Assembly: GCA_964016885.1 (NCBI GenBank)
Contig: OZ024744.1
Location: 122,884,001-122,948,000 of the forward strand
DNA from: Eledone cirrhosa
Lineage: Eukaryota
Direction: 5' to 3'
DNA length: 64,000 nucleotides
The notes under the pieces: model-generated
Seen by the model: only the letters and a program-made list of their open reading frames with translations
Database searches by the model: none
What the model was told of the DNA's origin: nothing
Shown here: positions 50,601-64,000 of the stretch, piece by piece
Numbering within the stretch: the first letter of the stretch is position 1
How the letters are laid out: the number at the start of each line of letters is the position of its first letter
Made by a program: the position numbers and the translations under genes

Positions 50601-53600
50601 CATTAGAAATATGGTAATGAAAGGGTTAATGCCATAGACAGTGTCTTTCATTAGAAATATGGCAATGAAAGGGTTAATGACATACACAGTATCTTTCATT
50701 AGATATATGGTAATGAAAGGGTTAATGACATAGCCAGTGTCTTTCATTAGAAATATGGTAATGAAATGGTTAATGACATAGACTGTCTTTCATTAGAAAT
50801 ATAGTAATCAAATGGTTAATGTCATAGACAATGTCTTTCATTAGTAATATGGTAATGAATGGGTTAATGACATAGTCAGTGTCTTTCATTGGAAATATGT
50901 TAATGAATGGGTTATTGACATATGTAGTGTCTTTCATTAGAATATGGTAATGAAAGCGTTAATCTCATAGAGAGTGTCTTTCATTAGAAATATGATAATA
51001 AAAGGGTGAATGACATAGACAATGTCTTTCATTAGAAATATGGTAATGAAAGGGTTAATGACACATTAGAAATATGATAATGAAGGTTTTAATGAAGTAG
51101 ACATTGTCCTTCATCAGAAATATGATAATTAATTGTTTAATGACATAGACAGTGTCTTTCATTAGAAACTTGGTAATGAAAGGGTTAATGTCATAGACAG
51201 TGTCTTTCATTAGAAATATGGTGATGAAAGGGTTAATGGCATAGACTGTGTCTTTCATTAGAAATATGGTAATGAAAGGGTTAATGACATAGACAGTGTC
51301 TTTCTTTAGAAACATGGTAATGAAAGGGTTAATGATACAAACAGTGTCCTTCATTAGAAATATGGTGATGAAAGGGTAATGGCATAGACAGTGTCTCTCA
51401 TTAGATATATGGTAATGAAAGGGTTAATGACATAGTCAGTGTCTTTCATTAGATATATGGTAATGAAAGGATTAATGTCATAGACAGTGTCTTTCATTAG
51501 AAATATGGTAATGGAAGGGTTAATGACATAGACAGTGTCTTTCATTTGAAATATGCTAATGAAAGGGTTAATGACATAGTGTCTTTCAATACAAATATAG
51601 AAATGAAAGGATTAATGACATAGACAGTGTCTTTCATTAGAAATATGGTAATGAAAGGTTTAATGACATAGCCAGTGCCTTTCATTAGAAATATAGTCAT
51701 GAAAGGGTTAATGACAGAGATAGTGTCTTTCATTGAAAAATATGGTACTGAAAGGGTTAAATATATAGACAGTGTATTACATTAGAAATATGGTAATGAA
51801 AGGTTAAATGACAGTCTCTTTCATTAGAAATATGATAATGAATATTTTAATGACATAGACAGTGTCTTTCATTAGAAATATGGTAATGAAAAGGTGAATG
51901 ACTTAGACAGTGTCTTTTATTAGAAATATGGTAATGAAAGGGTTAATGACATAGACAGTGTCTTTTATTAGAAATATGGTAATGAAAGGGTTAATGACAT
52001 AGACAGTGTCTTTCATTAGAAATATGTTAATGAAAGGGTTAACGACATAGACATTGTCTTTCATTAGAAATATAATTAAAGGGTTAATGACATAGAGAGT
52101 GACTTTATTAGAAACATGTTAATGAAAGCGCTAATGACATAGAGAGTGTATTTCATTAGAAATATGGTAATGAAAGGGTTAATGACATATACAGTGTCTT
52201 TCATTAGAAATATGGTAATGAAAGGGTTAATGACATAGACAGTGTCTTTCATTAGAAATGTGGTAATGAAAGGGTTAATGACATAGACAGTGTCTTTCAT
52301 TAGAAATATGGTAATACAGTGTCTTTCATTAGAAATATGGTAATGAAAGGGTTAATGACACAAAGCTTGTTTTTTATTAGAAATATTGTAATGAAATTTT
52401 TAATGACGTAGACAGTGTCTTTCATTAGAAATATGGTAATGAAAGGGTTAATGCCATAGACAGTGTCTTTCATCAGAAATATGGTAATGAAAGGGTTAAT
52501 GATATAGACAGTGTCTTTCATTAGAAATATGGGAATGAAAGGGTTAATGACATAGACAGTGTCTTTCATTAGAAATATGTTAATGAAATCTTTAATGGCA
52601 TAAATAGTGTCTTTCATTAGAAACATGGTAATGAACGGGTTAATGGCATAAACAGTGTCTTTAATTTGAATTATGGTAATGAAAGGGTTAATGACATAGA
52701 CAATGTCTTTTATTGCAAAATATGGTAATGAAAGTGTTGATGACAGACTGCCTTTCATTAAAAATATGGTAATGAAAGGGTTAATGACATAGACAGTGTC
52801 TTTCATTACAAATATGGTAATGAAATGGTTAATGACATAGACAGTGTCTTTCATTAGAAATATGGTAATGAAAGGGTTAATGACATAGACAGTGTCTTTC
52901 ATTAGAAATATGGTAATGAAAGGGTTAATGACATAGACAGTGTCTTTCATTAGAAATATGGTAATGAAAGGGTTAATGACATAGATTGTCTTTCATTAGA
53001 AATATGGTAATGAAATGGTTAATGACATAGACAGTATCTTTCATTAGAAATATGGTGATGAAAGGGTTAATGGCATAGACTGTGTCTTTCATTAGAAATA
53101 TAGTAATGAAAGGGTTAATGACATAGACAGTGTCTTTCTTTAGAAACATGGTAATGAAAGGGTTAATGATACAAACAGTGTCTTTTATTAGAAATATGGT
53201 GATGAAAGGGTAATGGCATAGACAGTGTCTCTCATTAGATATATGGTAATGAAAGGGTTAATGACATAGTAAGTGTCTTTCATTAGATATATGGTAATGA
53301 AAGGATTAATGTCATAAACAGTGTCTTTCATTAGAAATATGGTAATGGAAGGGTTAATGACATAGACAGTGTCTTTCATTTGAAATATGGTAATGAAAGG
53401 CTTAATGACATAGCCAGTGTCTTTCATTAGAAATATGGTCATGAAAGGGTTAATGACAGAGACAGTGTCTTTCATTGAAAAATATGGTACTGAAAGGGTT
53501 AAATATATAGACAGTGTATTACATTAGAAATATGGTAATGAAAGGTTAAATGACAGTCTCTTTCATTAGAAATATAATAATGAATATTTTAATGACATAG

Positions 53601-56600
53601 ACAGTGTCTTTCATTAGAAATATGGTAATGAAAAGGTGAATGACTTAGACAGTGTCTTTTATTAGAAATATGGTAATGAAAGGGTTAATGACATAGACAG
53701 TGTCTTTAATTAAAAATATGGTAATGAAAGGGTTAATGACATAGACATTGTCTTTCATTAGAAATATGGTAATGAAAGGGTTAATGACATAGACATTGTC
53801 TTTCATTAGAAATATAATTAAAGGGTTAATGACATAGAGAGTGACTTTATTAGAAACATGTTAATGAAAGCACTAATGACATAGAGAGTGTATTTCATTA
53901 GAAATATGGTAATGAAAGGGTTAATGACATAGACAGTGTCTTTCATTAGAAATATGGTAATGAAAAGGTGAATGACTTAGACAGTGTCTTTTATTAGAAA
54001 TATGGTAATGAAAGGGTTAATGACATAGACAGTGTCTTTTATTAGAAATATGGTAATGAAAGGGTTAATGACATAGACAGTGTCTTTCATTAGAAATATG
54101 GTAATGAAAGGGTTAACGACATAGACATTGTCTTTCATTAGAAATATAATTAAAGGGTTAATGACATAGAGAGTGACTTTATTAGAAACATGTTAATGAA
54201 AGCGCTAATGACATAGAGAGTGTATTTCATTAGAAATATGGTAATGAAAGGGTTAATGACATATACAGTGTCTTTCATTAGAAATATGGTAATGAAAGGG
54301 TTAATGACATAGACAGTGTCTTTCATTAGAAATGTGGTAATGAAAGGGTTAATGACATAGACAGTGTCTTTCATTAGAAATATGGTAATACAGTGTCTTT
54401 CATTAGAAATATGGTAATGAAAGGGTTAATGACACAAAGCTTGTTTTTTATTAGAAATATTGTAATGAAATTTTTAATGACGTAGACAGTGTCTTTCATT
54501 AGAAATATGGTAATGAAAGGGTTAATGCCATAGACAGTGTCTTTCATCAGAAATATGGTAATGAAAGGGTTAATGATATAGACAGTGTCTTTCATTAGAA
54601 ATATGGGAATGAAAGGGTTAATGACATAGACAGTGTCTTTCATTAGAAATATGTTAATGAAATCTTTAATGGCATAAATAGTGTCTTTCATTAGAAACAT
54701 GGTAATGAACGGGTTAATGGCATAAACAGTGTCTTTAATTTGAATTATGGTAATGAAAGGGTTAATGACATAGACAATGTCTTTTATTGCAAAATATGGT
54801 AATGAAAGTGTTGATGACAGACTGCCTTTCATTAAAAATATGGTAATGAAAGGGTTAATGACATAGACAGTGTCTTTCATTACAAATATGGTAATGAAAT
54901 GGTTAATGACATAGACAGTGTCTTTCATTAGAAATATGGTAATGAAAGGGTTAATGACATAGACAGTGTCTTTCATTAGAAATATGGTAATGAAAGGGTT
55001 AATGACATAGACAGTGTCTTTCATTAGAAATATGGTAATGAAAGGGTTAATGACATAGATTGTCTTTCATTAGAAATATGGTAATGAAATGGTTAATGAC
55101 ATAGACAGTATCTTTCATTAGAAATATGGTGATGAAAGGGTTAATGGCATAGACTGTGTCTTTCATTAGAAATATAGTAATGAAAGGGTTAATGACATAG
55201 ACAGTGTCTTTCTTTAGAAACATGGTAATGAAAGGGTTAATGATACAAACAGTGTCTTTTATTAGAAATATGGTGATGAAAGGGTAATGGCATAGACAGT
55301 GTCTCTCATTAGATATATGGTAATGAAAGGGTTAATGACATAGTAAGTGTCTTTCATTAGATATATGGTAATGAAAGGATTAATGTCATAAACAGTGTCT
55401 TTCATTAGAAATATGGTAATGGAAGGGTTAATGACATAGACAGTGTCTTTCATTTGAAATATGGTAATGAAAGGCTTAATGACATAGCCAGTGTCTTTCA
55501 TTAGAAATATGGTCATGAAAGGGTTAATGACAGAGACAGTGTCTTTCATTGAAAAATATGGTACTGAAAGGGTTAAATATATAGACAGTGTATTACATTA
55601 GAAATATGGTAATGAAAGGTTAAATGACAGTCTCTTTCATTAGAAATATAATAATGAATATTTTAATGACATAGACAGTGTCTTTCATTAGAAATATGGT
55701 AATGAAAAGGTGAATGACTTAGACAGTGTCTTTTATTAGAAATATGGTAATGAAAGGGTTAATGACATAGACAGTGTCTTTAATTAAAAATATGGTAATG
55801 AAAGGGTTAATGACATAGACATTGTCTTTCATTAGAAATATGGTAATGAAAGGGTTAATGACATAGACATTGTCTTTCATTAGAAATATAATTAAAGGGT
55901 TAATGACATAGAGAGTGACTTTATTAGAAACATGTTAATGAAAGCGCTAATGACATAGAGAGTGTATTTCATTAGAAATATGGTAATGAAAGGGTTAATG
56001 ACATAGACAGTGTCTTTCATTAGAAATATGGTAATGAAAGGGTTAATGACATAGACAGTGTCTTTCATTAGAAATATGGTAATGAAAGGGTTAATGTCAT
56101 AGACAGTGTCTTTCATTAGAAATATGGTAATGAAAGGGTTAATGACACAAAGCTTGTTTTTTATTAGAAATATTGTAATGAAATTTTTAATGACGTAGAC
56201 AGTGTCTTTCATTAGAAATATGGTAATGAAAGGGTTAATGCCATAGACATTGTCTTTCATCAGAAATATGGTAATGAACGGGTTAATGGCATAAACATTG
56301 TCTTTAATTTGAAATATGGTAATGAAAGGGTTCATGACATAGACAATGTCTTTTATTGAAAAATATGGTAATGAAAGGGTTGATGACAGACTGCCTTTCA
56401 TTAAAAATATGGTAATGAAAGGGTTAATGACATAGACAGTGTCTTTCATTACAAATATGGTAATGAAAGGGTTAATGACATAGACAGTGTCTTTCATTAG
56501 AAATATGATAATTAAAGGGTTAATGACATAGACAGTGTATTTCATTAAAAATATGATAATGAAAGGGTTAATGATATAGAGAACATCTTTCATTAAAAAT

Positions 56601-59600
56601 ATGGTAATGGAAGGGTTAATGACATAGACAGTGTCTATCATTAGAATATGGTAATGAAATGTTTAATGACATAGAGTGTGTCTTTCATAAGAAATATGGT
56701 AATGAAAGGGTTAATGGCATAAACAGTGTCTTTCATTAGAAATATGGTGATGAAAGGATTAATGACACAGACAGTGTCTTTCATTAGAAATATGGTAATG
56801 AAAGGGTTATTGACTTAGACAGTGTCTTTCATCAGAAATATGATAATTAAAGGGTTAATGATATAGACAGTGTCTTTCATTAGAAATATAGTAATGAAAG
56901 GGTTTATGACAAAGACAGTGTCTTTCATTAGAAATATGGTATTGAAGGGTTAATGACATAGACAGTGTCTTTCATTAGAAATCTGATAATGAAAGGGTTA
57001 ATGACATATACTGTGTCTTTCATTTGAAATATGTCAATGAAAGGGTTAATGGCACAAAGCTTGATTTTTACTAGAAATATTGTAATGAAATTTTTAATGA
57101 CGTAGACAGTGTCTTTCATTAGAAATATGGTAATGAAAGGGTTAATGCCATAGACAGTGTCTTTCATTAGAAATATGGTAATGAAAGGGTTAATGACATA
57201 GACAGTGTCTTTCTTCAGAAATATGGTAATGAAAGGGTTAATAATATAGACAGTGTCTTTCATTAGAAATATGGTAATGAAAGGGTTAATGACATAGACA
57301 GTGTCTTTCATTAGAAATATGGTAATGAAAGGGTTAATGACATAGACAGTGTCTTTCATTAGAAATATGGTAATGAAAGGGTTAATGACACAAAGCTTGT
57401 TTTTTATTAGAAATACTGTAATGAAATTTTTAATGACGTAGACAGTGTCTTTCATTAGAAATATGGTAATGAAAGGGTTAATGGCACAAAGCTTGTTTTT
57501 TATTAGAAATACGGTAATGAAATTTTTCATGACGTAGACAGTGTCTTTCATTAGAAATATGGTAATGAAAGGGTTAATGCCATAGACAGTGTCTTTCATT
57601 AGAAATATGGCAATGAAAGGGTTAATGACATACACAGTATCTTTCATTAGATATATGGTAATGAAAGGGTTAATGACATAGCCAGTGTCTTTCATTAGAA
57701 ATATGGTAATGAAATGGTTAATGACATAGACTGTCTTTCATTAGAAATATAGTAATCAAATGGTTAATGTCATAGACAATGTCTTTCATTAGTAATATGG
57801 TAATGAATGGGTTAATGACATAGTCAGTGTCTTTCATTGGAAATATGTTAATGAATGGGTTATTGACATATGTAGTGTCTTTCATTAGAATATGGTAATG
57901 AAAGCGTTAATCTCATAGAGAGTGTCTTTCATTAGAAATATGATAATAAAAGGGTGAATGACATAGACAGTGTCTTTCATTAGAAATATGGTAATGAAAG
58001 GGTTAATGACACATTAGAAATATGATAATGAAGGTTTTAATGAAGTAGACATTGTCCTTCATCAGAAATATGATAATTAATTGTTTAATGACATAGACAG
58101 TGTCTTTCATTAGAAACTTGGTAATGAAAGGGTTAATGTCATAGACAGTGTCTTTCATTAGAAATATGGTGATGAAAGGGTTAATGGCATAGACTGTGTC
58201 TTTCATTAGAAATATGGTAATGAAAGGGTTAATGACATAGACAGTGTCTTTCTTTAGAAACATGGTAATGAAAGGGTTAATGATACAAACAGTGTCCTTC
58301 ATTAGAAATATGGTGATGAAAGGGTAATGGCATAGACAGTGTCTCTCATTAGATATATGGTAATGAAAGGGTTAATGACATAGTCAGTGTCTTTCATTAG
58401 ATATATGGTAATGAAAGGATTAATGTCATAGACAGTGTCTTTCATTAGAAATATGGTAATGGAAGGGTTAATGACATAGACAGTGTCTTTCATTTGAAAT
58501 ATGCTAATGAAAGGGTTAATGACATAGTGTCTTTCAATACAAATATAGAAATGAAAGGATTAATGACATAGACAGTGTCTTTCATTAGAAATATGGTAAT
58601 GAAAAGTTTAATGACATAGCCAGTGCCTTTCATTAGAAATATAGTCATGAAAGGGTTAATGACAGAGATAGTGTCTTTCATTGAAAAATATGGTACTGAA
58701 AGGGTTAAATATATAGACAGTGTATTACATTAGAAATATGGTAATGAAAGGTTAAATGACAGTCTCTTTCATTAGAAATATGATAATGAATATTTTAATG
58801 ACATAGACAGTGTCTTTCATTAGAAATATGGTAATGAAAAGGTGAATGACTTAGACAGTGTCTTTTATTAGAAATATGGTAATGAAAGGGTTAATGACAT
58901 AGACAGTGTCTTTTATTAGAAATATGGTAATGAAAGGGTTAATGACATAGACAGTGTCTTTCATTAGAAATATGGTAATGAAAGGGTTAATCACATAGAC
59001 AGTGTCTTTCATTAGAAATATGGTAATGAAAGGGTTAATGACATAGACAGTGTCTTTCATTAGAAATATGGTAATGAAAGGGTTAATGACATAACAGTGT
59101 CTTTCATTAGAAATATGGTAATGAAAGGATTAATGACATAGACAGTGTCTTTCATTAGAAATATGGTAATGAAAGGGTTAATGACATAACAGTGTTTTTC
59201 AATAGAAATATGGTAATGAAAGGGTTAATTATATAGAGAGTGTCTTTCATTAGAAATATGGTAATGAAAGGGTTAATGACCTAGACAGTGTCTTTCATTA
59301 GAAATATGGTAATGAAAGGGTTAATGACATACAAAGTGTCTTTCATTAGAAATGTGATAATGAAAGGGTTAATGGCATAGAGAGTGTTTTTCATTAGAAA
59401 TATGGTAATGAAAGGGTTAATAACATAAACAGTGTCTTTCATTAGAAATATGGTAATGATAGGGTTAATGACATAGAGAGTGTCTTTCATTAGAAATTTG
59501 ATAATGAAAGGTTTAATGGCATAGACAGTGTCTTTCATTAGAAATATGGTAATGAAAGGGTTACTGACATAGAGAGTGTATTTAATTAGAAATATGTTAA

Positions 59601-62600
59601 TGAAAGGGTTAATGACATAGACAGTGTCTTTCATTAAAAATGTGGTAATGATAGGGTTAATGACGTAGACAGTGTCTTTCATTAGAAATATGGTAATGAA
59701 AGTGTTACTGACATAGAGAGTGTATTTAATTAGAAATATGTTAATGAAAGGGTTAATGACATAGAGAGTGTCTTTCATTAGAAATATGGTAATGAAAAGT
59801 TTAATGACGTAGACAGTGTCTTTCATTAGAAATATGGTAATGAAAGGGTTAATCACATAGACAGTGTCTTTCATTAGAAATATGGTAATGAAAGGGCTGA
59901 TGACATAAACAGTGTCTTTCATTAGAAATATGGTAATGAAAGGATTAATGACATAGACAGTGTCTTTCATTAGAAATATGGTAATAAAAGGGTTAATGAC
60001 ATAACAGTGTTTTTCATTAGAAATATGGTAATGAAAGGGTTAATGATATAGAGAGTGTCTTTCATTAGAAATATGGTAATGAAAGGGTTAATGACCTAGA
60101 CAGTGTCTTTCATTAGAAATATGGTAATGAAAGGGTTAATGACATAGACAGTGTCTTTCATTAGAAATATGGTAATGAAAGGGTTAATGACATACAAAGT
60201 GTCTTTCATTAGAAAGGTGATAATGAAAGGGTTAATGGCATAGACAGTGTCTTTCATTAGAAATATGGTAATGATAGGGTTAATGACATAGAGAGTGTCT
60301 TTCATTAGAAATGTGATAATGAAAGGTTTAATGGCATAGACAGTGTCTTTCATTAGAAATATGGTAATGAAAGGGTTACTGACATAGAGAGTGTATTTAA
60401 TTAGAAATATGTTAATGAAAGGGTTAAATACATAGACAGTGTCTTTCATTAAAAATATGGTAATGAAAGGTTAATAACATAGACAGTGTCTTTCATTAGA
60501 AATATGGTAATGAAAGGGCTGATGACATAAACAGTGTCTTTCATTAGAAATATGGTAATGAAAGGGTTAATGACATAACAGTGTCTTTCATTAGAAATAT
60601 GGTAATGAAAGGGTTAATGACATAGACAGTGTCTTTCATTAGAAATATGGTAATGAAAGTGTTAATGACATAACAGTGTCTTTCATTAGAAATATGGTAA
60701 TGAAAAGGTTAATGACATAGGGAGTGTCTTTCATTAGAAATATGGTAATGAAAGGGTTAATGACATAGACAGTGTCATTCATTAGAAATATGGTAATGAA
60801 AGGGTTAATGACATAGACAGTGTCTTTCATTAGAAATATGGTAATGAAAGGGTTAATGACGTAGACAGTGTCTTTCATTAGAAATATGGTAATGAAAGGG
60901 TTAATCACATAGACAGTGTCTTTCATTAGAAATATGGTAATGAAAGGGTTAATGACATAGACAGTGTCTTTCATTAGAAATATGGTAATGAAAGGGTTAA
61001 TGACATAACAGTGTCTTTCATTAGAAATATGGTAATGAAAGGATTAATGACATAGACAGTGTCTTTCATTAGAAATATGGTAATGAAAGGGTTAATGACA
61101 TAACAGTGTTTTTCAATAGAAATATGGTAATGAAAGGGTTAATTATATAGAGAGTGTCTTTCATTAGAAATATGGTAATGAAAGGGTTAATGACCTAGAC
61201 AGTGTCTTTCATTAGAAATATGGTAATGAAAGGGTTAATGACATACAAAGTGTCTTTCATTAGAAATGTGATAATGAAAGGGTTAATGGCATAGAGAGTG
61301 TTTTTCATTAGAAATATGGTAATGAAAGGGTTAATAACATAAACAGTGTCTTTCATTAGAAATATGGTAATGATAGGGTTAATGACATAGAGAGTGTCTT
61401 TCATTAGAAATTTGATAATGAAAGGTTTAATGGCATAGACAGTGTCTTTCATTAGAAATATGGTAATGAAAGGGTTACTGACATAGAGAGTGTATTTAAT
61501 TAGAAATATGTTAATGAAAGGGTTAATGACATAGACAGTGTCTTTCATTAAAAATGTGGTAATGATAGGGTTAATGACATAGACAGTGTCTTTCATTAGA
61601 AATATGGTAATGAAAGTGTTACTGACATAGAGAGTGTATTTAATTAGAAATATGTTAATGAAAGGGTTAATGACATAGAGAGTGTCTTTCATTAGAAATT
61701 TGGTAATGAAAAGTTTAATGACGTAGACAGTGTCTTTCATTAGAAATATGGTAATGAAAGGGTTAATCACATAGACAGTGTCTTTCATTAGAAATATGGT
61801 AATGAAAGGGCTGATGACATAAACAGTGTCTTTCATTAGAAATATGGTAATGAAAGGATTAATGACATAGACAGTGTCTTTCATTAGAAATATGGTAATA
61901 AAAGGGTTAATGACATAACAGTGTTTTTCATTAGAAATATGGTAATGAAAGGGTTAATGATATAGAGAGTGTCTTTCATTAGAAATATGGTAATGAAAGG
62001 GTTAATGACCTAGACAGTGTCTTTCATTAGAAATATGGTAATGAAAGGGTTAATGACATAGACAGTGTCTTTCATTAGAAATATGGTAATGAAAGGGTTA
62101 ATGATATAGACAGTGTCTTTCATTAGAAATATGGTAATGAAAGGGTTAATGGCATAGACAGTGTCTTTCATTAGAAATATGGTAATGATAGGGTTAATGA
62201 TATAGAGAGTGTCTTTCATTAGAAATTTGATAATGAAAGGTTTAATGGCATAGACAGTGTCTTTCATTAGAAATATGGTAATGAAAGGGTTACTGACATA
62301 GAGAGTGTATTTATTTAGAAATATGTTAATGAAAGGGTTAAATACATAGACAGTGTCTTTCATTAAAAATATGGTAATGAAAGGTTAATAACATAGACAG
62401 TGTCTTTCATTAGAAATATGGTAATGAAAGGGTCAATGATATAGAGAGTGTCTTTCATTAGAAATATGGTAATGAAAGGGTTAATGACCTAGACAGTGTC
62501 TTTCATTAGAAATATGGTAATGAAAGGGTTAATGGCACAAAGCTTGTTTTTTATTAGAAATACGGTAATGAAATTTTTCATGACGTAGACAGTGTCTTTC

Positions 62601-64000
62601 ATTAGAAATATGGTAATGAAAGGGTTAATGCCATAGACAGTGTCTTTCATTAGAAATATGGCAATGAAAGGGTTAATGACATACACAGTATCTTTCATTA
62701 GATATATGGTAATGAAAGGGTTAATGACATAGCCAGTGTCTTTCATTAGAAATATGGTAATGAAATGGTTAATGACATAGACTGTCTTTCATTAGAAATA
62801 TAGTAATCAAATGGTTAATGTCATAGACAATGTCTTTCATTAGTAATATGGTAATGAATGGGTTAATGACATAGTCAGTGTCTTTCATTGGAAATATGTT
62901 AATGAATGGGTTATTGACATATGTAGTGTCTTTCATTAGAATATGGTAATGAAAGCGTTAATCTCATAGAGAGTGTCTTTCATTAGAAATATGATAATAA
63001 AAGGGTGAATGACATAGACAGTGTCTTTCATTAGAAATATGGTAATGAAAGGGTTAATGACACATTAGAAATATGATAATGAAGGTTTTAATGAAGTAGA
63101 CATTGTCCTTCATCAGAAATATGATAATTAATTGTTTAATGACATAGACAGTGTCTTTCATTAGAAATATGGTGATGAAAGGGTTAATGGCATAGACTGT
63201 GTCTTTCATTAGAAATATGGTAATGAAAGGGTTAATGACATAGACAGTGTCTTTCTTTAGAAACATGGTAATGAAAGGGTTAATGATACAAACAGTGTCC
63301 TTCATTAGAAATATGGTGATGAAAGGGTAATGGCATAGACAGTGTCTCTCATTAGATATATGGTAATGAAAGGGTTAATGACATAGTCAGTGTCTTTCAT
63401 TAGATATATGGTAATGAAAGGATTAATGTCATAGACAGTGTCTTTCATTAGAAATATGGTAATGGAAGGGTTAATGACATAGACAGTGTCTTTCATTTGA
63501 AATATGCTAATGAAAGGGTTAATGACATAGTGTCTTTCAATACAAATATAGAAATGAAAGGATTAATGACATAGACAGTGTCTTTCATTAGAAATATGGT
63601 AATGAAAGGTTTAATGACATAGCCAGTGCCTTTCATTAGAAATATAGTCATGAAAGGGTTAATGACAGAGATAGTGTCTTTCATTGAAAAATATGGTACT
63701 GAAAGGGTTAAATATATAGACAGTGTATTACATTAGAAATATGGTAATGAAAGGTTAAATGACAGTCTCTTTCATTAGAAATATGATAATGAATATTTTA
63801 ATGACATAGACAGTGTCTTTCATTAGAAATATGGTAATGAAAAGGTGAATGACTTAGACAGTGTCTTTTATTAGAAATATGGTAATGAAAGGGTTAATGA
63901 CATAGACAGTGTCTTTTATTAGAAATATGGTAATGAAAGGGTTAATGACATAGACAGTGTCTTTCATTAGAAATATGGTAATGAAAGGGTTAACGACATA
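32690..64000. repeat. 48-bp satellite DNA, main block with higher-order repeats (continues past window)
   Basis: Same monomer; variant patterns recur at offsets of 1,914, 2,074, 12,354 and 11,999 bp. Confidence 0.98.

Noticed and set aside
23593-63684. Dozens of minus-strand ORFs repeating MKDTVYVINPFITIFL
   Set aside because: The 48-bp monomer is 16 codons with one stop-free frame; frequent 1-bp indels and stops show no frame conservation. Satellite artefact.
23452-64000. CRISPR-like array (palindromic repeat)
   Set aside because: No unique spacers, no cas genes, eukaryotic context.

Overview
Eukaryotic, repeat-dense window with no convincing host gene. SINE and RTE tail styles suggest an octopus/cephalopod genome (inference from memory). 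1-13.9 kb: head-to-tail array of three minus-strand two-ORF non-LTR retrotransposons (L1 group, Tx1-like), each separated only by (AAT)n and anchored in the (ATT)n tail of a tRNA-derived SINE. 14.2-23.4 kb: a 2.3-kb non-autonomous LTR element (tRNA-Trp-like PBS, PPT), a decayed RTE LINE, a Penelope-like fragment, and micro/minisatellites. 23.45-64 kb: a 48-bp satellite with nested higher-order repeats (1,914, 2,074 and 12,354 bp), interrupted by a fourth, divergent Tx1-like element inserted at a rare ATATATA monomer variant. Most notable: all three visible, divergent ORF1 ends carry a canonical 5' splice donor (G|GTAAGT) overlapping the stop codon, and copies 2 and 3 have a strong acceptor in the 3' UTR, so ORF2 may sit inside an intron. 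An ORF1 swap maps to that same site. The families also share a covarying 3' UTR hairpin, show microsatellite targeting, and have a 3' end resembling that of the adjacent SINE.
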